Positions 45,418 through 54,677 of a DNA stretch of 64,000 nucleotides are shown in pieces. Below the pieces are notes generated by a model. That model was not told the DNA's origin, did no database searches, and saw only the letters and a program-made list of their open reading frames with translations. Source of the stretch: an uncultured Clostridia bacterium (GTDB lineage Bacteria; Bacillota; Clostridia; Oscillospirales; Butyricicoccaceae). The DNA is taken from NCBI GenBank assembly GCA_945947915.1, contig CAMEZQ010000001.1, positions 31,493 through 95,492 on the forward strand, written 5' to 3'. The translations under genes and the position numbers were made by a program. Each line of letters opens with the position of its first letter. Position 1 is the first letter of the stretch.

Positions 45418-46320
45418 TTATTTTCTGGACTTGAGTTCCTCCAGCAGGTCTTCCAGCTTGTCCAGGCTGGCAGGACGGCTCAGACGGGCCGAGGGATGGC
45501 GGCGGCGCAGGCGGGCCTGGTCGGCGCGCAGGCGCTGGGCCAGCTCGATGCAGCGGCGGCGGGATTCCTGGGTGCGCTGCCGGCTTTCCTCCAGCCGCTC
45601 GGCCAGCTGGGGATGCTCCTGAGCCAGCCAGGCGTCGGTCTGGGCGCGCAGGGCCGAGATGCGCTCCTCGCTGCGCAGCTGCCGCTTGAGCATGCGCATC
45701 TCCCGGGCTTTGCGGTCTTCTTCCAGACGTTCGGAAAACTCGGCCTGCAGCCGCTCCAGTTCGTCGCGGGCGCGGTCGAGGGCCAGAATGACTTTGCGCA
45801 TGTCCAGCGCCTCCTTGGCGCTGACGGCGGTGTCGGCGATGAAAAGCGCCGAGAGCAGGCCGGCAGCCAGCTGCAGCGGACGCTGGGGCAGACCGGCGAC
45901 CAGGCGCTCGATGGGAGCGTGGACCCAGCGGATCAGCAGCACGGTCAGCACGCCCCAGAACAGGGAAGAGGTCAGGCAGATATAGCCTTTATACTGAAAA
46001 GGCTGGTCGCTGTAATCCCAGTACCGCACTTTGAAAAGCTGCTCCATGGCCCAGCCGGTGAACAGCTCCAGCAGGGTCGCGCCGATCATGCCGAAAAGAT
46101 AGGTCAGCAGCAGGCTGTCCCGCACCGGCATGGCAAAGAGCAGCATGGTCAGGGCGCCGAAGCCGTAAATGGGGATCCAGGGGCCGTGCAGAAAGCCGCG
46201 GTTGACGAACTTTCGCTGGCAGACGGAAACGTAGGAGGTCTCCCAGATCCAGCCGCAGACGCAGTAGATATAAAAGAAAATCAGCCATTGATAAAACGGA
46301 TATTGCCGCAGAATATGCAT
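45418..46320 (-). CDS. CmpB-like membrane protein (putative ABC-transporter type IV family) with long C-terminal coiled coil
   Basis: YIYCVCGWIWETSYVSVCQRKFVNRGFLHGPWIPIYGFG is typical of PF06541. The last ~130 aa are Arg/Glu/Leu-rich heptad-like sequence. Confidence 0.7.
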   Translation of the reverse strand: MHILRQYPFYQWLIFFYIYCVCGWIWETSYVSVCQRKFVNRGFLHGPWIPIYGFGALTMLLFAMPVRDSLLLTYLFGMIGATLLELFTGWAMEQLFKVRYWDYSDQPFQYKGYICLTSSLFWGVLTVLLIRWVHAPIERLVAGLPQRPLQLAAGLLSALFIADTAVSAKEALDMRKVILALDRARDELERLQAEFSERLEEDRKAREMRMLKRQLRSEERISALRAQTDAWLAQEHPQLAERLEESRQRTQESRRRCIELAQRLRADQARLRRRHPSARLSRPASLDKLEDLLEELKSRK

Positions 46321-46401
46321 AAAACACCTTTCCTTTACCGGCCGTGCGCGGGAAGGACGGCCGCTGTATGGAGGAAAGCATATCGTTTTTTTCTTTTTTT
46401 G

Positions 46402-46722
46402 TCAATAAACAGAATCGTAATTTTGTCCAACGCGTCCGGCCCGGGCGCCGGCCGCCGGCTTGATGGGAAGCCCCCGGCACTCCAGGTATTTGCGCCGCGT
46501 GGCCTCACCGCCCCGGAGGTGGCGTTCTTCCTTATTCTGCCGCAGAACTTTCTGCACAGCCTCATACAGCGGACGGTTGATCTTGTAAAGCGTGCGGGTC
46601 ACGTCTTTATGCACCGTCGATTTGGAAACGCCGAAGGCCGCGGCGGCGGCCCGGACGGTGGCGTTGTTTTCGGTGATATATAAAGCCAGCGCCACGGCGC
46701 GTTCTTCTGGATTGCCTTTCAT
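46402..46722 (-). CDS. spoIIID: Sporulation transcriptional regulator SpoIIID
   Basis: VRAAAAAFGVSKSTVHKDVTRTL and HLRGGEATRRKY match the SpoIIID HTH and basic region. Confidence 0.9.
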   Translation of the reverse strand: MKGNPEERAVALALYITENNATVRAAAAAFGVSKSTVHKDVTRTLYKINRPLYEAVQKVLRQNKEERHLRGGEATRRKYLECRGLPIKPAAGARAGRVGQNYDSVY

Positions 46723-46897
46723 GCCTCTTCCTCCCGAATGATCTCAAATACGCTTTGGTCCATGGATATGAAGCGGGAGAGCCGATTATGCGGCGCGCGG
46801 CGTTTTTGTCATTTACAAGGGCGCCGATCCTTGTTATACTTGGTGTGTACAAATATAAAACAATATAGGATAGAATCATAAAGGAGTGTTTTTTAAA

Positions 46898-48091
46898 ATG
46901 AGTCGTACAGTGGGCACCGTTTCCAGGGGTATCCGCGCCCCTATCATCCGCCAGGGCGATGATCTGGCCCAAATCGTCACCGACGCCGTGCTGGAAGCTG
47001 CCGCAGCCGAGGGCTACGGCATCCGCGACCGTGACGTCATCGCCATGACCGAGGCCATCGTCGCCCGCGCCCAGGGCAACTACTGCACGGTGGACGATAT
47101 CGCCGCCGATGTCCGCGCCAAGCTGGGCGGCGGCACGGTTGGCGTCATCTTTCCCATTCTGAGCCGCAACCGTTTTGCCATCTGCCTGCGGGGCATCGCC
47201 AAAGGCGCGCGCAAGGTGGTGCTGATGCTCAGCTATCCCTCCGACGAGGTGGGCAACCATCTGGTTTCTCTCGACGCGCTGGACGAAAAGGGCATCGATC
47301 CCTACAAGGATGTGCTGAGCCTGGAGCAGTACCGCGCGCTGTTCGGCTATGAAAAGCACCGTTTCACCGGTGTGGATTATGTGGCCTATTACGAAGAGCT
47401 GATCCGCGACAGCGGCGCCGAGGCCGAGATCATTTTTGCCAACGATCCCCGGGCCATCCTCAGCTATACCGATCATGTGCTGTGCTGCGATATCCATACC
47501 CGCGCCCGCACCAAGCGTCTGCTCAAGGCGGCCGGCGCTGCCTGCGTCTTTGGCCTGGACGAGATCATGAACGCGCCGGTCAACGGCAGCGGCTGCAACG
47601 AGCAGTACGGCCTGCTGGGCTCCAATAAGGCCACCGAGACCCAGATCAAGCTCTTCCCGCGGGACTGCCAAGTGCTGGTGGAGGAGATCCAGCGGCGTCT
47701 GCTGGAAAAGACCGGCAAGCACGTGGAAGTCATGGTCTACGGCGACGGCGCCTTCAAAGACCCCGTCGGCAAGATCTGGGAGCTGGCCGACCCCGTGGTC
47801 TCGCCTGCTTACACGGCTGGCCTGGAGGGCACGCCCAACGAGCTGAAGCTCAAGTATCTGGCCGACAACGATTTTGCCCATCTGTCGGGCAAGGCGCTGC
47901 AGGAAGCCATCCAGGCCCAGATCCGGCAGAAGGACGCCGATCTGGTGGGCAAGATGGCCTCTGAGGGCACGACGCCCCGCCGGCTGACCGATCTGATCGG
48001 CTCGCTGTGCGACCTGACCTCCGGTTCGGGCGACAAGGGCACCCCCATCGTCCATATTCAGGGCTATTTCGACAATTATACCAACGAATAA
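46898..48091 (+). CDS. CofE-like (F420-0:gamma-glutamyl ligase family) protein, extended length
   Basis: GDDLAQIV and DRDVIAMTEAIVARAQGN resemble the CofE N-terminal motifs. LLGSNKATE...LFPRD resembles the CofE DxSN/LLP region. ATG at 46898 lies 11 nt after AAGGAG. Confidence 0.55.
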   Translation: MSRTVGTVSRGIRAPIIRQGDDLAQIVTDAVLEAAAAEGYGIRDRDVIAMTEAIVARAQGNYCTVDDIAADVRAKLGGGTVGVIFPILSRNRFAICLRGIAKGARKVVLMLSYPSDEVGNHLVSLDALDEKGIDPYKDVLSLEQYRALFGYEKHRFTGVDYVAYYEELIRDSGAEAEIIFANDPRAILSYTDHVLCCDIHTRARTKRLLKAAGAACVFGLDEIMNAPVNGSGCNEQYGLLGSNKATETQIKLFPRDCQVLVEEIQRRLLEKTGKHVEVMVYGDGAFKDPVGKIWELADPVVSPAYTAGLEGTPNELKLKYLADNDFAHLSGKALQEAIQAQIRQKDADLVGKMASEGTTPRRLTDLIGSLCDLTSGSGDKGTPIVHIQGYFDNYTNE

Positions 48092-48105
48092 GCAGCTGTT
48101 GACAC

Positions 48106-48139
48106 AAAAAAGAAGCACCCCGCGGGGTGCTTCTTTTTT
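48106..48139. terminator. Bidirectional intrinsic terminator
   Basis: AAAAAAGAAGCACCCC-GCG-GGGTGCTTCTTTTTT. Confidence 0.85.
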
Positions 48140-48148
48140 ATATGAGAT

Positions 48149-48427
48149 TCAATACAGACGATCAAGCAGGAAGAAGAGAAGGACCGACAGCAGGGCGGCC
48201 AGAGGCAGGATAAAAAAGCAGCCGCTCAGATAAAAGCCGCGGGTGGGCTTGCCGCCGTTCTGCTCCAGCTTTTGAAAAAAGCCAAACTCCTGCAGGTCGC
48301 GGTCGGAGGCGTCGGGATCGTCCCAGTCATCCCAGCCGCCGCCGTCTGTCTGCCCGTCCGGACCGGGCTGCCCGTCCGCCGCCGGCAGGGTATCCCGCAA
48401 GTCTTCAGAGGGCCGGGGATCAGGCAT
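48149..48427 (-). CDS. Small acidic tail-anchored membrane protein (92 aa), translationally coupled to ABC-F gene
   Basis: Its ATG overlaps the ABC-F stop as ATGCCTGA (48427-48420). Pro/Asp/Gly-rich N-half (GGGWDDWDDPDASD) with a single C-terminal TM (FFILPLAALLSVLLFFLL). Confidence 0.55.
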   Translation of the reverse strand: MPDPRPSEDLRDTLPAADGQPGPDGQTDGGGWDDWDDPDASDRDLQEFGFFQKLEQNGGKPTRGFYLSGCFFILPLAALLSVLLFFLLDRLY

Positions 48428-50024
48428 GGCGGTGGGCCTGGCTTTCCAGATATTCGTCATAGGTGCAGCGCCGGTCGATGACGCCGGTGGGGGTGATCTC
48501 GATGATGCGGTTGGCGATGGTCTGGATGAACTCGTGGTCGTGGGAGGTGAAGAGGACGACCCCCTTGAAATCCCGCAGGCCGTTGTTGACGGCCGTGATG
48601 CTTTCCAGATCCAGATGGTTGGTGGGCTGGTCGAGCACCAGCGCGTTGCTGCCGAAAAGCATCATGCGGGAGAGCATGCAGCGCACCCGCTCGCCGCCCG
48701 ACAGTACCTTGGCCGGCTTGTAGACCTCGTCGCCCGAAAAGAGCATACGGCCCAGGAAGCCGCGCAGGAAGGTCTCGGTGTCTTCGGTGGGGGTGTACTG
48801 GCGCATCCATTCGATGAGGTTCAAGTCGCAGTCTTCAAAATAGGGGCCGTTGTCCTTGGGCAAATAGGAAACGGTGATGGTGCTGCCCCACTTATAGGTG
48901 CCGGCATCGGGCTGGCTCTCGTCGTTGAGGATCTTGAACAGCTCGGTGACGGCCAGGGGATTCTCGCAGAGAAAGGCCACCTTATCGCCCCGGTCGAGGC
49001 GGAAGGAGACGTCCTGCAGCAGGGGCAGGCCGTCCTCGCCCAGTTTGCTGATGCTGTTGACGGCCAGAATATCCTTGCCCGGCTCGCGGGTGGGGGTGAA
49101 GCCGACGAAGGGATAGCGGCGGGAAGAGGCCGGCATTTCCTCCACGGTGATCTTGTCCAGCAGCTTTTTGCGGGAAGTGGCCTGCCGCGACTTGGATTTG
49201 TTGGCCGAGAAGCGGGCGATAAAGCTCTGCAGTTCGGCGATCTTTTCCTCGGCCCGCTTGTTCTGGGCCTTGAGCAGGCGCTGGACCAGCTGGCTCGATT
49301 CATACCAGAATTCGTAGTTGCCCACATACATCTGGATCTTGCCGTAGTCGATATCGACGATGTGGGTGCAGACGTTGTTCAGAAAGTGACGGTCGTGGGA
49401 GACCACCAGCACGGTGCCGGGATAATCAAAGAGGAAATCCTCCAGCCAGCGGATGGCGTCGATGTCCAGCTCGTTGGTGGGCTCGTCCAGCAGGACGATC
49501 TCGGGATTGCCGAAGAGGGCCTGGGCCAGCAGCACCTTGACCTTGTCGCTGTCGGGCAGGGTGGACATCTGGCTGTAAAGAATGGATTCGCTGAGGCCGA
49601 GGCCCTGGATCAGCCGGGAGACGTCGCTCTCGGCTTCCCAGCCGCCCATTTCGGCAAAGCGGGTCTCCAGCTCGGCCACCCGCATGCCGTCTTCGTCGGA
49701 AAAATCCGGCTTGGCATAGATGGCGTCTTTTTCCTTGCCGATGTCGTAAAGCTCGCGGTTGCCCAGAATGACCGTGTCGAGGACGGTGTATTCGTCAAAG
49801 GCGAAGTGGTCCTGCTTGAGGACCGACATACGGGTGTGGGGCGGCATGGAAACGGTGCCGGTGGTCGGCTCCAGCTGGCCCGAGAGCAGGCGCAGGAAGG
49901 TGGATTTGCCGGCGCCGTTGGCGCCGATGATGCCGTAGCAGTTGCCGTCGGTGAATTTCAGATCCACGTTTTTAAAGAGCGTCTGCCCGGGAAAGGCGAT
50001 GCTCACGTCGGAAACGGTTAACAT
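48420..50024 (-). CDS. ABC-F family ATPase (YbiT/YkpA-like translation factor type)
   Basis: Two ABC cassettes (GANGAGKST, LSGGERVR, etc.), no TM domain, 534 aa. ATG at 50024 follows AGGAG. Confidence 0.9.
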   Translation of the reverse strand: MLTVSDVSIAFPGQTLFKNVDLKFTDGNCYGIIGANGAGKSTFLRLLSGQLEPTTGTVSMPPHTRMSVLKQDHFAFDEYTVLDTVILGNRELYDIGKEKDAIYAKPDFSDEDGMRVAELETRFAEMGGWEAESDVSRLIQGLGLSESILYSQMSTLPDSDKVKVLLAQALFGNPEIVLLDEPTNELDIDAIRWLEDFLFDYPGTVLVVSHDRHFLNNVCTHIVDIDYGKIQMYVGNYEFWYESSQLVQRLLKAQNKRAEEKIAELQSFIARFSANKSKSRQATSRKKLLDKITVEEMPASSRRYPFVGFTPTREPGKDILAVNSISKLGEDGLPLLQDVSFRLDRGDKVAFLCENPLAVTELFKILNDESQPDAGTYKWGSTITVSYLPKDNGPYFEDCDLNLIEWMRQYTPTEDTETFLRGFLGRMLFSGDEVYKPAKVLSGGERVRCMLSRMMLFGSNALVLDQPTNHLDLESITAVNNGLRDFKGVVLFTSHDHEFIQTIANRIIEITPTGVIDRRCTYDEYLESQAHRHA

Positions 50025-50252
50025 ATACTTGCTCCTGTCTGTCAGATCGAGACGATCGGATGTTTTTTGTAGGGCCTTTGGCATGCGCGGACCTGCGCGC
50101 GAGCCAAAGGCCCTTCTATTGTACACGAGAAAGGGGATAAAAGCAACCGGAGGTTTTGCGGCCGGACAGTCACACATGGCCGGCTTTTTCATAAGATAAG
50201 ACAGGAAGTTTTCCATGGACTTCCATGTCCCGTGAAAGGAGAAACCGACGGA

Positions 50253-51011
50253 ATGATCGTCAAATTAAATCATGTCTGCCTGACATATCAGGCGCCGGAC
50301 GGAGAGATCGAGGCGCTGCGGGATCTTTCCTTCGGGATCGCGGAGGGTGAGTTTGTCAGTCTGGTCGGCCCATCGGGCTGCGGCAAATCGACCCTGCTCT
50401 CCATCATCGCCGGTATCGAGCGCCCTTCCTCCGGCACCGTGCTGCTGGACGGGGAGGATATCCTGTCGCCCTCGCCGCGCATTGGGTATATGCCGCAGAA
50501 AGACCAGCTTTTTCCATGGCGCACCATCTGGGGAAACGTCCTGCTGGGGCCTGAACTGCGGCGGCAGAACTCCCCGGCAAGGCGGGACCATGTGCGCGGC
50601 CTGCTGGAGCGTTACGGCCTGGCCGAATTTGCCGGGAAGACCCCCGATCAGCTTTCCGGCGGCATGCGTCAGCGGTGCGCGCTGATCCGCACGATGGCGC
50701 TGGACCCCGACCTGCTGCTGCTGGATGAGCCCTTTTCGGCGCTGGATTATCAGACCCGCCTGGCCGTTTCCGCCGATATTTACGGCATCATCCGTTCGGA
50801 ACACAAGACGGCCCTGCTGGTCACCCACGATATTTCCGAGGCCATCAGCCTCTCCGACCGCATCGTCGTCCTCAGCCGCCGGCCGGGACGCATCAAGGCG
50901 GTGCATACCCTCGATTCCCTGCGGGGCCTGCCGCCCATGGAACGCCGGGACCACGATGATTTCCGTCTGTATTTCAACGACCTGTGGAAGGAGCTGGATC
51001 TCAATGTCTGA
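50253..51011 (+). CDS. ABC transporter ATP-binding protein (NitT/TauT family)
   Basis: GPSGCGKST, LSGGMRQR, LLLLDEP. ATG at 50253 lies 11 nt after AGGAG. Confidence 0.92.
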   Translation: MIVKLNHVCLTYQAPDGEIEALRDLSFGIAEGEFVSLVGPSGCGKSTLLSIIAGIERPSSGTVLLDGEDILSPSPRIGYMPQKDQLFPWRTIWGNVLLGPELRRQNSPARRDHVRGLLERYGLAEFAGKTPDQLSGGMRQRCALIRTMALDPDLLLLDEPFSALDYQTRLAVSADIYGIIRSEHKTALLVTHDISEAISLSDRIVVLSRRPGRIKAVHTLDSLRGLPPMERRDHDDFRLYFNDLWKELDLNV

Positions 51012-51840
51012 GCAAAACAACCGCGGGCTGCAGCCCGTCCCCTCGGCCGGACGCCTGCGCTGGCTGCGGGAGCGCCGCCGCACCCGGTGGGCCGTACAGA
51101 GCCTGCGGTTTGTGCTGCTGGCCGGCTTTTTCATCCTTTGGGAGCTGGCGGCCCGGCGGGGGTGGATCGACGCCTTTATTTTCAGCAGTCCCTGCCGCAT
51201 CTGGCAGACGCTGTTCAGCCTGGCCGGCTCGGGCGATCTGTGGCTGCATACGGGCACTTCGGTGCTGGAAACGGTGGCCGGATTCACGCTGGGCACGCTG
51301 ACCGGCATTCTGATCGCCACCCTGCTGTGGTGGAGCCCATTTTTGGCCCGGGTCCTCGACCCCTATCTCGTGGTGCTCAATTCGCTGCCCAAGACGGCGC
51401 TGGGGCCGATCTTCATCGTATGGATGGGCGCCGGCGCCGGCTCCATCATCGCCATGACGCTGGCCATCTCCATCGTCGTCACCATTCTGGATATGCACCA
51501 CGGCTTCGGCTCCACCGACCCCGAGAAGATCCGGCTCATGCGCACGCTGGGGGCCGACCGCATGCAGATCTTCCTCAAGCTGGTGCTGCCGGCCAATTTT
51601 ACCACCATGGTCAACGCCCTCAAGGTCAACGTGGGCCTGTCGTGGGTCGGCGTCATCATGGGGGAGTTTCTGGTGTCCAAAGCCGGACTGGGGTATCTGA
51701 TCGTCTACGGGTCCCAGGTCTTTCAGATGGATCTCGTCATGACAACGGTGCTGATCCTGGCCGCCGCGGCCGCGCTGATGTATCAGTGCATCCTGTGGCT
51801 GGAGAAGGCATTGAAAAAATATATGGGAGTGACAATATGA
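51004..51840 (+). CDS. ABC transporter permease (NitT/TauT family)
   Basis: 6-TM BPD_transp_1 pattern with an EAA-like region (LMRTLGADRMQIFLKLVLP). Overlaps the neighbouring genes. Confidence 0.88.
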   Translation: MSEQNNRGLQPVPSAGRLRWLRERRRTRWAVQSLRFVLLAGFFILWELAARRGWIDAFIFSSPCRIWQTLFSLAGSGDLWLHTGTSVLETVAGFTLGTLTGILIATLLWWSPFLARVLDPYLVVLNSLPKTALGPIFIVWMGAGAGSIIAMTLAISIVVTILDMHHGFGSTDPEKIRLMRTLGADRMQIFLKLVLPANFTTMVNALKVNVGLSWVGVIMGEFLVSKAGLGYLIVYGSQVFQMDLVMTTVLILAAAAALMYQCILWLEKALKKYMGVTI

Positions 51841-52832
51841 AAAAAATCTTTGCTGTGACCGTCGCGCTTCTGCTGGCGCTGCTGCCCCTTGGCGGCTGCG
51901 GAAAGGAGGCACCCCAGACGCTGACCGCCGTCCGCCTCTGCGAAGTCACCCATTCGGTCTTCTACGCGCCCTTCTATGCGGCTCTGGAGCTGGGGTATTT
52001 TGAAGAGGCCGGCCTGGAGATCGAGCTGACCAACGGCGGCGGCGCCGACAAGGTCATGACGGCCGTGCTGGCCGGGCAGTCGGATATCGGTCTGGCCGGT
52101 CCCGAAGCCGCCATCTATGTCCTGAAAGAGGGGCGGGAGGATCACCCCGTCATTTTCGGGCAGCTGACCAAACGCGACGGCTCCTTCCTGGTGGGCCGCA
52201 GCCCGGCGGAGGACTTCGACTGGGCCGACCTGCAGGGCGCCCATATCATCGGCGGCCGCAAGGGCGGCGTGCCGGAAATGACGCTGGAATACGTCCTGCG
52301 CCAGAAGGGCATCGTGCCGGGGGAAGATGCGCTGGTCGATACATCGGTGCAGTTCAACATGATGGCCGGCGCCTTTACGGGCGGCACCGGCGATTATGTG
52401 GCCCTCTTCGAGCCGACGGCCACCGAGGTCGAGCAGGCCGGCAAGGGCTATATCCTGGCCTCCATCGGCCAGGAAAGCGGCGAGATCCCCTACACGGCCT
52501 TCTTTGCCGCCAGGAGCTATCTGCGGGACCAGGGCGACGTTATTCAGAAATTCACCGACGCCGTCGCCCGGGGGCAGGCGTGGGTGCAGGAACATACGGC
52601 GGCCGAGATCGCCCAGGTCATCGCGCCCCAGTTCCCCGACAGCAGCCCGGATACGCTGACGGCCGTCACCCAGCGCCATAAGGACATCGACGCCTGGAAT
52701 CAGACGCCGGTCATGGAACAGGAGGCGCTGGAGCGTCTGGAGACCGTCATGGAAACGGCCGGCGAGCTGGACGGCCGGGTGGATTTTGATACGCTGGTGG
52801 ATAACAGCTTTGCCCAAAAGGCCGTCAAATAA
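51837..52832 (+). CDS. ABC substrate-binding lipoprotein (NMT1/THI5-like)
   Basis: Lipobox LGGCG. ATGA overlap with the permease stop. YAPFYAALELGYFEEAGLEIEL is typical of the NMT1/SsuA-like fold. Confidence 0.82.
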   Translation: MKKIFAVTVALLLALLPLGGCGKEAPQTLTAVRLCEVTHSVFYAPFYAALELGYFEEAGLEIELTNGGGADKVMTAVLAGQSDIGLAGPEAAIYVLKEGREDHPVIFGQLTKRDGSFLVGRSPAEDFDWADLQGAHIIGGRKGGVPEMTLEYVLRQKGIVPGEDALVDTSVQFNMMAGAFTGGTGDYVALFEPTATEVEQAGKGYILASIGQESGEIPYTAFFAARSYLRDQGDVIQKFTDAVARGQAWVQEHTAAEIAQVIAPQFPDSSPDTLTAVTQRHKDIDAWNQTPVMEQEALERLETVMETAGELDGRVDFDTLVDNSFAQKAVK

Positions 52833-52834
52833 GT

Positions 52835-52870
52835 AAAAAAAGACCGATGGCTGCGCGCCGTCGGTCTTTT
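52835..52870. terminator. Bidirectional intrinsic terminator
   Basis: AAAAAAGACCGATGG...CCGTCGGTCTTTT. Confidence 0.75.
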
Positions 52871-52887
52871 GCCGTGCTTAATATTAT

Positions 52888-53517
52888 TTACCGGCCGCCG
52901 TAGGTCAGGCGAAGGACCTGCCTGGGCGTGTCGTCCGACAGGGTCAGGCTGTCGCCGGCCGAATGCACGCACAGGTTTTCCGGCCAGAGGGAGAGGAACG
53001 GCTCGACGCCGTCTACCGCGTCGTGGCCCATGGGGCCGTCCTTGTAGTGCATGGGGATGATGACGCGGGGCTGCAGGGCGTCGCACAGCGCCTTGGCGCC
53101 GGCTGCGTCGATGGTGTAAAAGCCGCCCACGGGCACCAGTGCGGCGTCCAGGCGGCCGACGGCGGCCAGCTGTCCGGTCGACAGGGGATGGCCCAGGTCG
53201 CCGAAATGGGCTACGCGCAGGCCCTGGTATTCGATGATGTGGATGGTGTTTTTGCCCCGCTTCTGCCCCTGGCAGTCATCGTGGAAGCATGCCACCTTCT
53301 GGACGGTAAAGGGCACGGGGCCGTCGAAGGGGGTCAGCTCCACCGCCTCGATATAGCCATGGTCGCCGTGCAGGTGGCTGCAGCAGACGGCATTGGCCGT
53401 GGTGTGCAGTTCAGGATAGCCCCGCACGCCGGTATAGGGGTCGAGCACCAGCGCGGCACCGCCCATTTCCAGACGGAAGCAGGAAAGGCCCAGCCATTGA
53501 ATTTTCATTTCTGCCAT
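52888..53517 (-). CDS. MBL-fold metallo-hydrolase
   Basis: HLHGDHGY (HxHxDH). Start set at MAEMKIQ after AAAGGAGG. Confidence 0.85.
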   Translation of the reverse strand: MAEMKIQWLGLSCFRLEMGGAALVLDPYTGVRGYPELHTTANAVCCSHLHGDHGYIEAVELTPFDGPVPFTVQKVACFHDDCQGQKRGKNTIHIIEYQGLRVAHFGDLGHPLSTGQLAAVGRLDAALVPVGGFYTIDAAGAKALCDALQPRVIIPMHYKDGPMGHDAVDGVEPFLSLWPENLCVHSAGDSLTLSDDTPRQVLRLTYGGR

Positions 53518-53586
53518 AAGAGGATACCTCCTTTGATTGGATGAGATCATATCTGTGACCGCCGGCGCGGGAGCGCGCCTGAAGGG

Positions 53587-54129
53587 TCAGAACTGTTCCT
53601 GCCGCAGGGGCGTGCCGTCCAGGTCCTTCCAGATGAACAGGCCGTTTTCCAGGGTCATATACCCGTGCCGGCTGTCCTGCTTGGGAATGGATACCGAGCC
53701 GGGGTTGAGATAGGCAAAGCCCTCATGTCGGACGCAGGCCGGGATATGGGTGTGGCCGCACAGCAGGATGGCGCCCTGGGGCAGAGGGGGCGGATTCTGT
53801 TCGCCGTATACATGCCCGTGGGTGGCATAGATGGTCAGACCACCGTCGGCTATAAGGGCGTAATCGGCCAGAATGGGGAAGTCGAGCACCATCTGGTCGA
53901 CCTCGGTGTCGCAGTTGCCCCGGACACACAGGATCTCGTCCCGCAGGGGATTGAGGGCGGCGATGACCTCCTTGGGGGCGTAGCCTTCGGGCAGATCGTT
54001 GCGGGGGCCGTGATAGAGCACGTCGCCCAGCAGCACCAGGCGGTGGGCGCCCTCCCGCCGGTAGGCCTCCAGCATCCGGCGGCAGTAAACAGCCGAACCG
54101 TGCAGGTCCGACGCAATAAACCATTTCAT
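53587..54129 (-). CDS. YfcE-like metallophosphoesterase
   Basis: SDLHGS, GDVLYHGPRN, GNCD, GHTH. Confidence 0.88.
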   Translation of the reverse strand: MKWFIASDLHGSAVYCRRMLEAYRREGAHRLVLLGDVLYHGPRNDLPEGYAPKEVIAALNPLRDEILCVRGNCDTEVDQMVLDFPILADYALIADGGLTIYATHGHVYGEQNPPPLPQGAILLCGHTHIPACVRHEGFAYLNPGSVSIPKQDSRHGYMTLENGLFIWKDLDGTPLRQEQF

Positions 54130-54172
54130 AAGCGATTTCTCCTGATCGTATTTCTGCGTTTTGATCCGCGCG

Positions 54173-54592
54173 TCAGAAGCCCCAGAGCTGTCCCGCCTGG
54201 GCAAGATATTCCAGCAGGACCGGCCGGTTCTCATCCAGCAGGATCTCACATTCTTCGTTGGTGGCCTCAAGGGGGATCAGCTCCCGGTCGACGGGAATAT
54301 GATATTCCTGCTGCAGGCCGGCAAAAAGGGCGTACACCGAAGCGCCGCCCAGCAGCCGGGGACGGATCTCCAGCGCGGCATAGTCGCTGGCATACATCCG
54401 GATGACGCCGTGAAAGCTGAAAAAGCCCGGGGCTTCCATCTCGATGTGGTCGGCGCCGGACGGCAGGGCCGCCCGGTATTGCGCGTACTGCCTGCGGGGC
54501 AGCATGGCCCACAGGGCCGTATAGAGCACCAGCAGGGCGGCACAGAGCGCCAGCGTGCGGACGTAAAAGGGATGGGGTGCGTGTTGTTTCAT
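54173..54592 (-). CDS. Hypothetical membrane-anchored protein (139 aa)
   Basis: Single N-terminal TM (VRTLALCAALLVLYTALWAM), GC3-rich codons, no recognisable motif. Confidence 0.55.
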   Translation of the reverse strand: MKQHAPHPFYVRTLALCAALLVLYTALWAMLPRRQYAQYRAALPSGADHIEMEAPGFFSFHGVIRMYASDYAALEIRPRLLGGASVYALFAGLQQEYHIPVDRELIPLEATNEECEILLDENRPVLLEYLAQAGQLWGF

Positions 54593-54677
54593 TCCTATTC
54601 TCCATGGGGTCGGGGCGGGTACCGGCAGCTATAGTATAACATATCCGGCACGCCCGCCGCAATCTCCGCCGCGCCGA

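Noticed and set aside
46723-46800. Sigma-E-type promoter expected upstream of spoIIID.
   Set aside because: I could not find a convincing match to the ATATT / CATACA-T consensus at proper spacing, so no promoter is reported.
50115-50252. Possible TPP or other riboswitch upstream of the NMT1/THI5-type ABC importer.
   Set aside because: I looked for TPP hallmarks (CUGAGA, ACCUGAUCUGGAUAAUGCCAGCG-like) and found none. Only short generic hairpins are present, which is not enough to call an RNA element without a covariance-model search (Rfam/Infernal).
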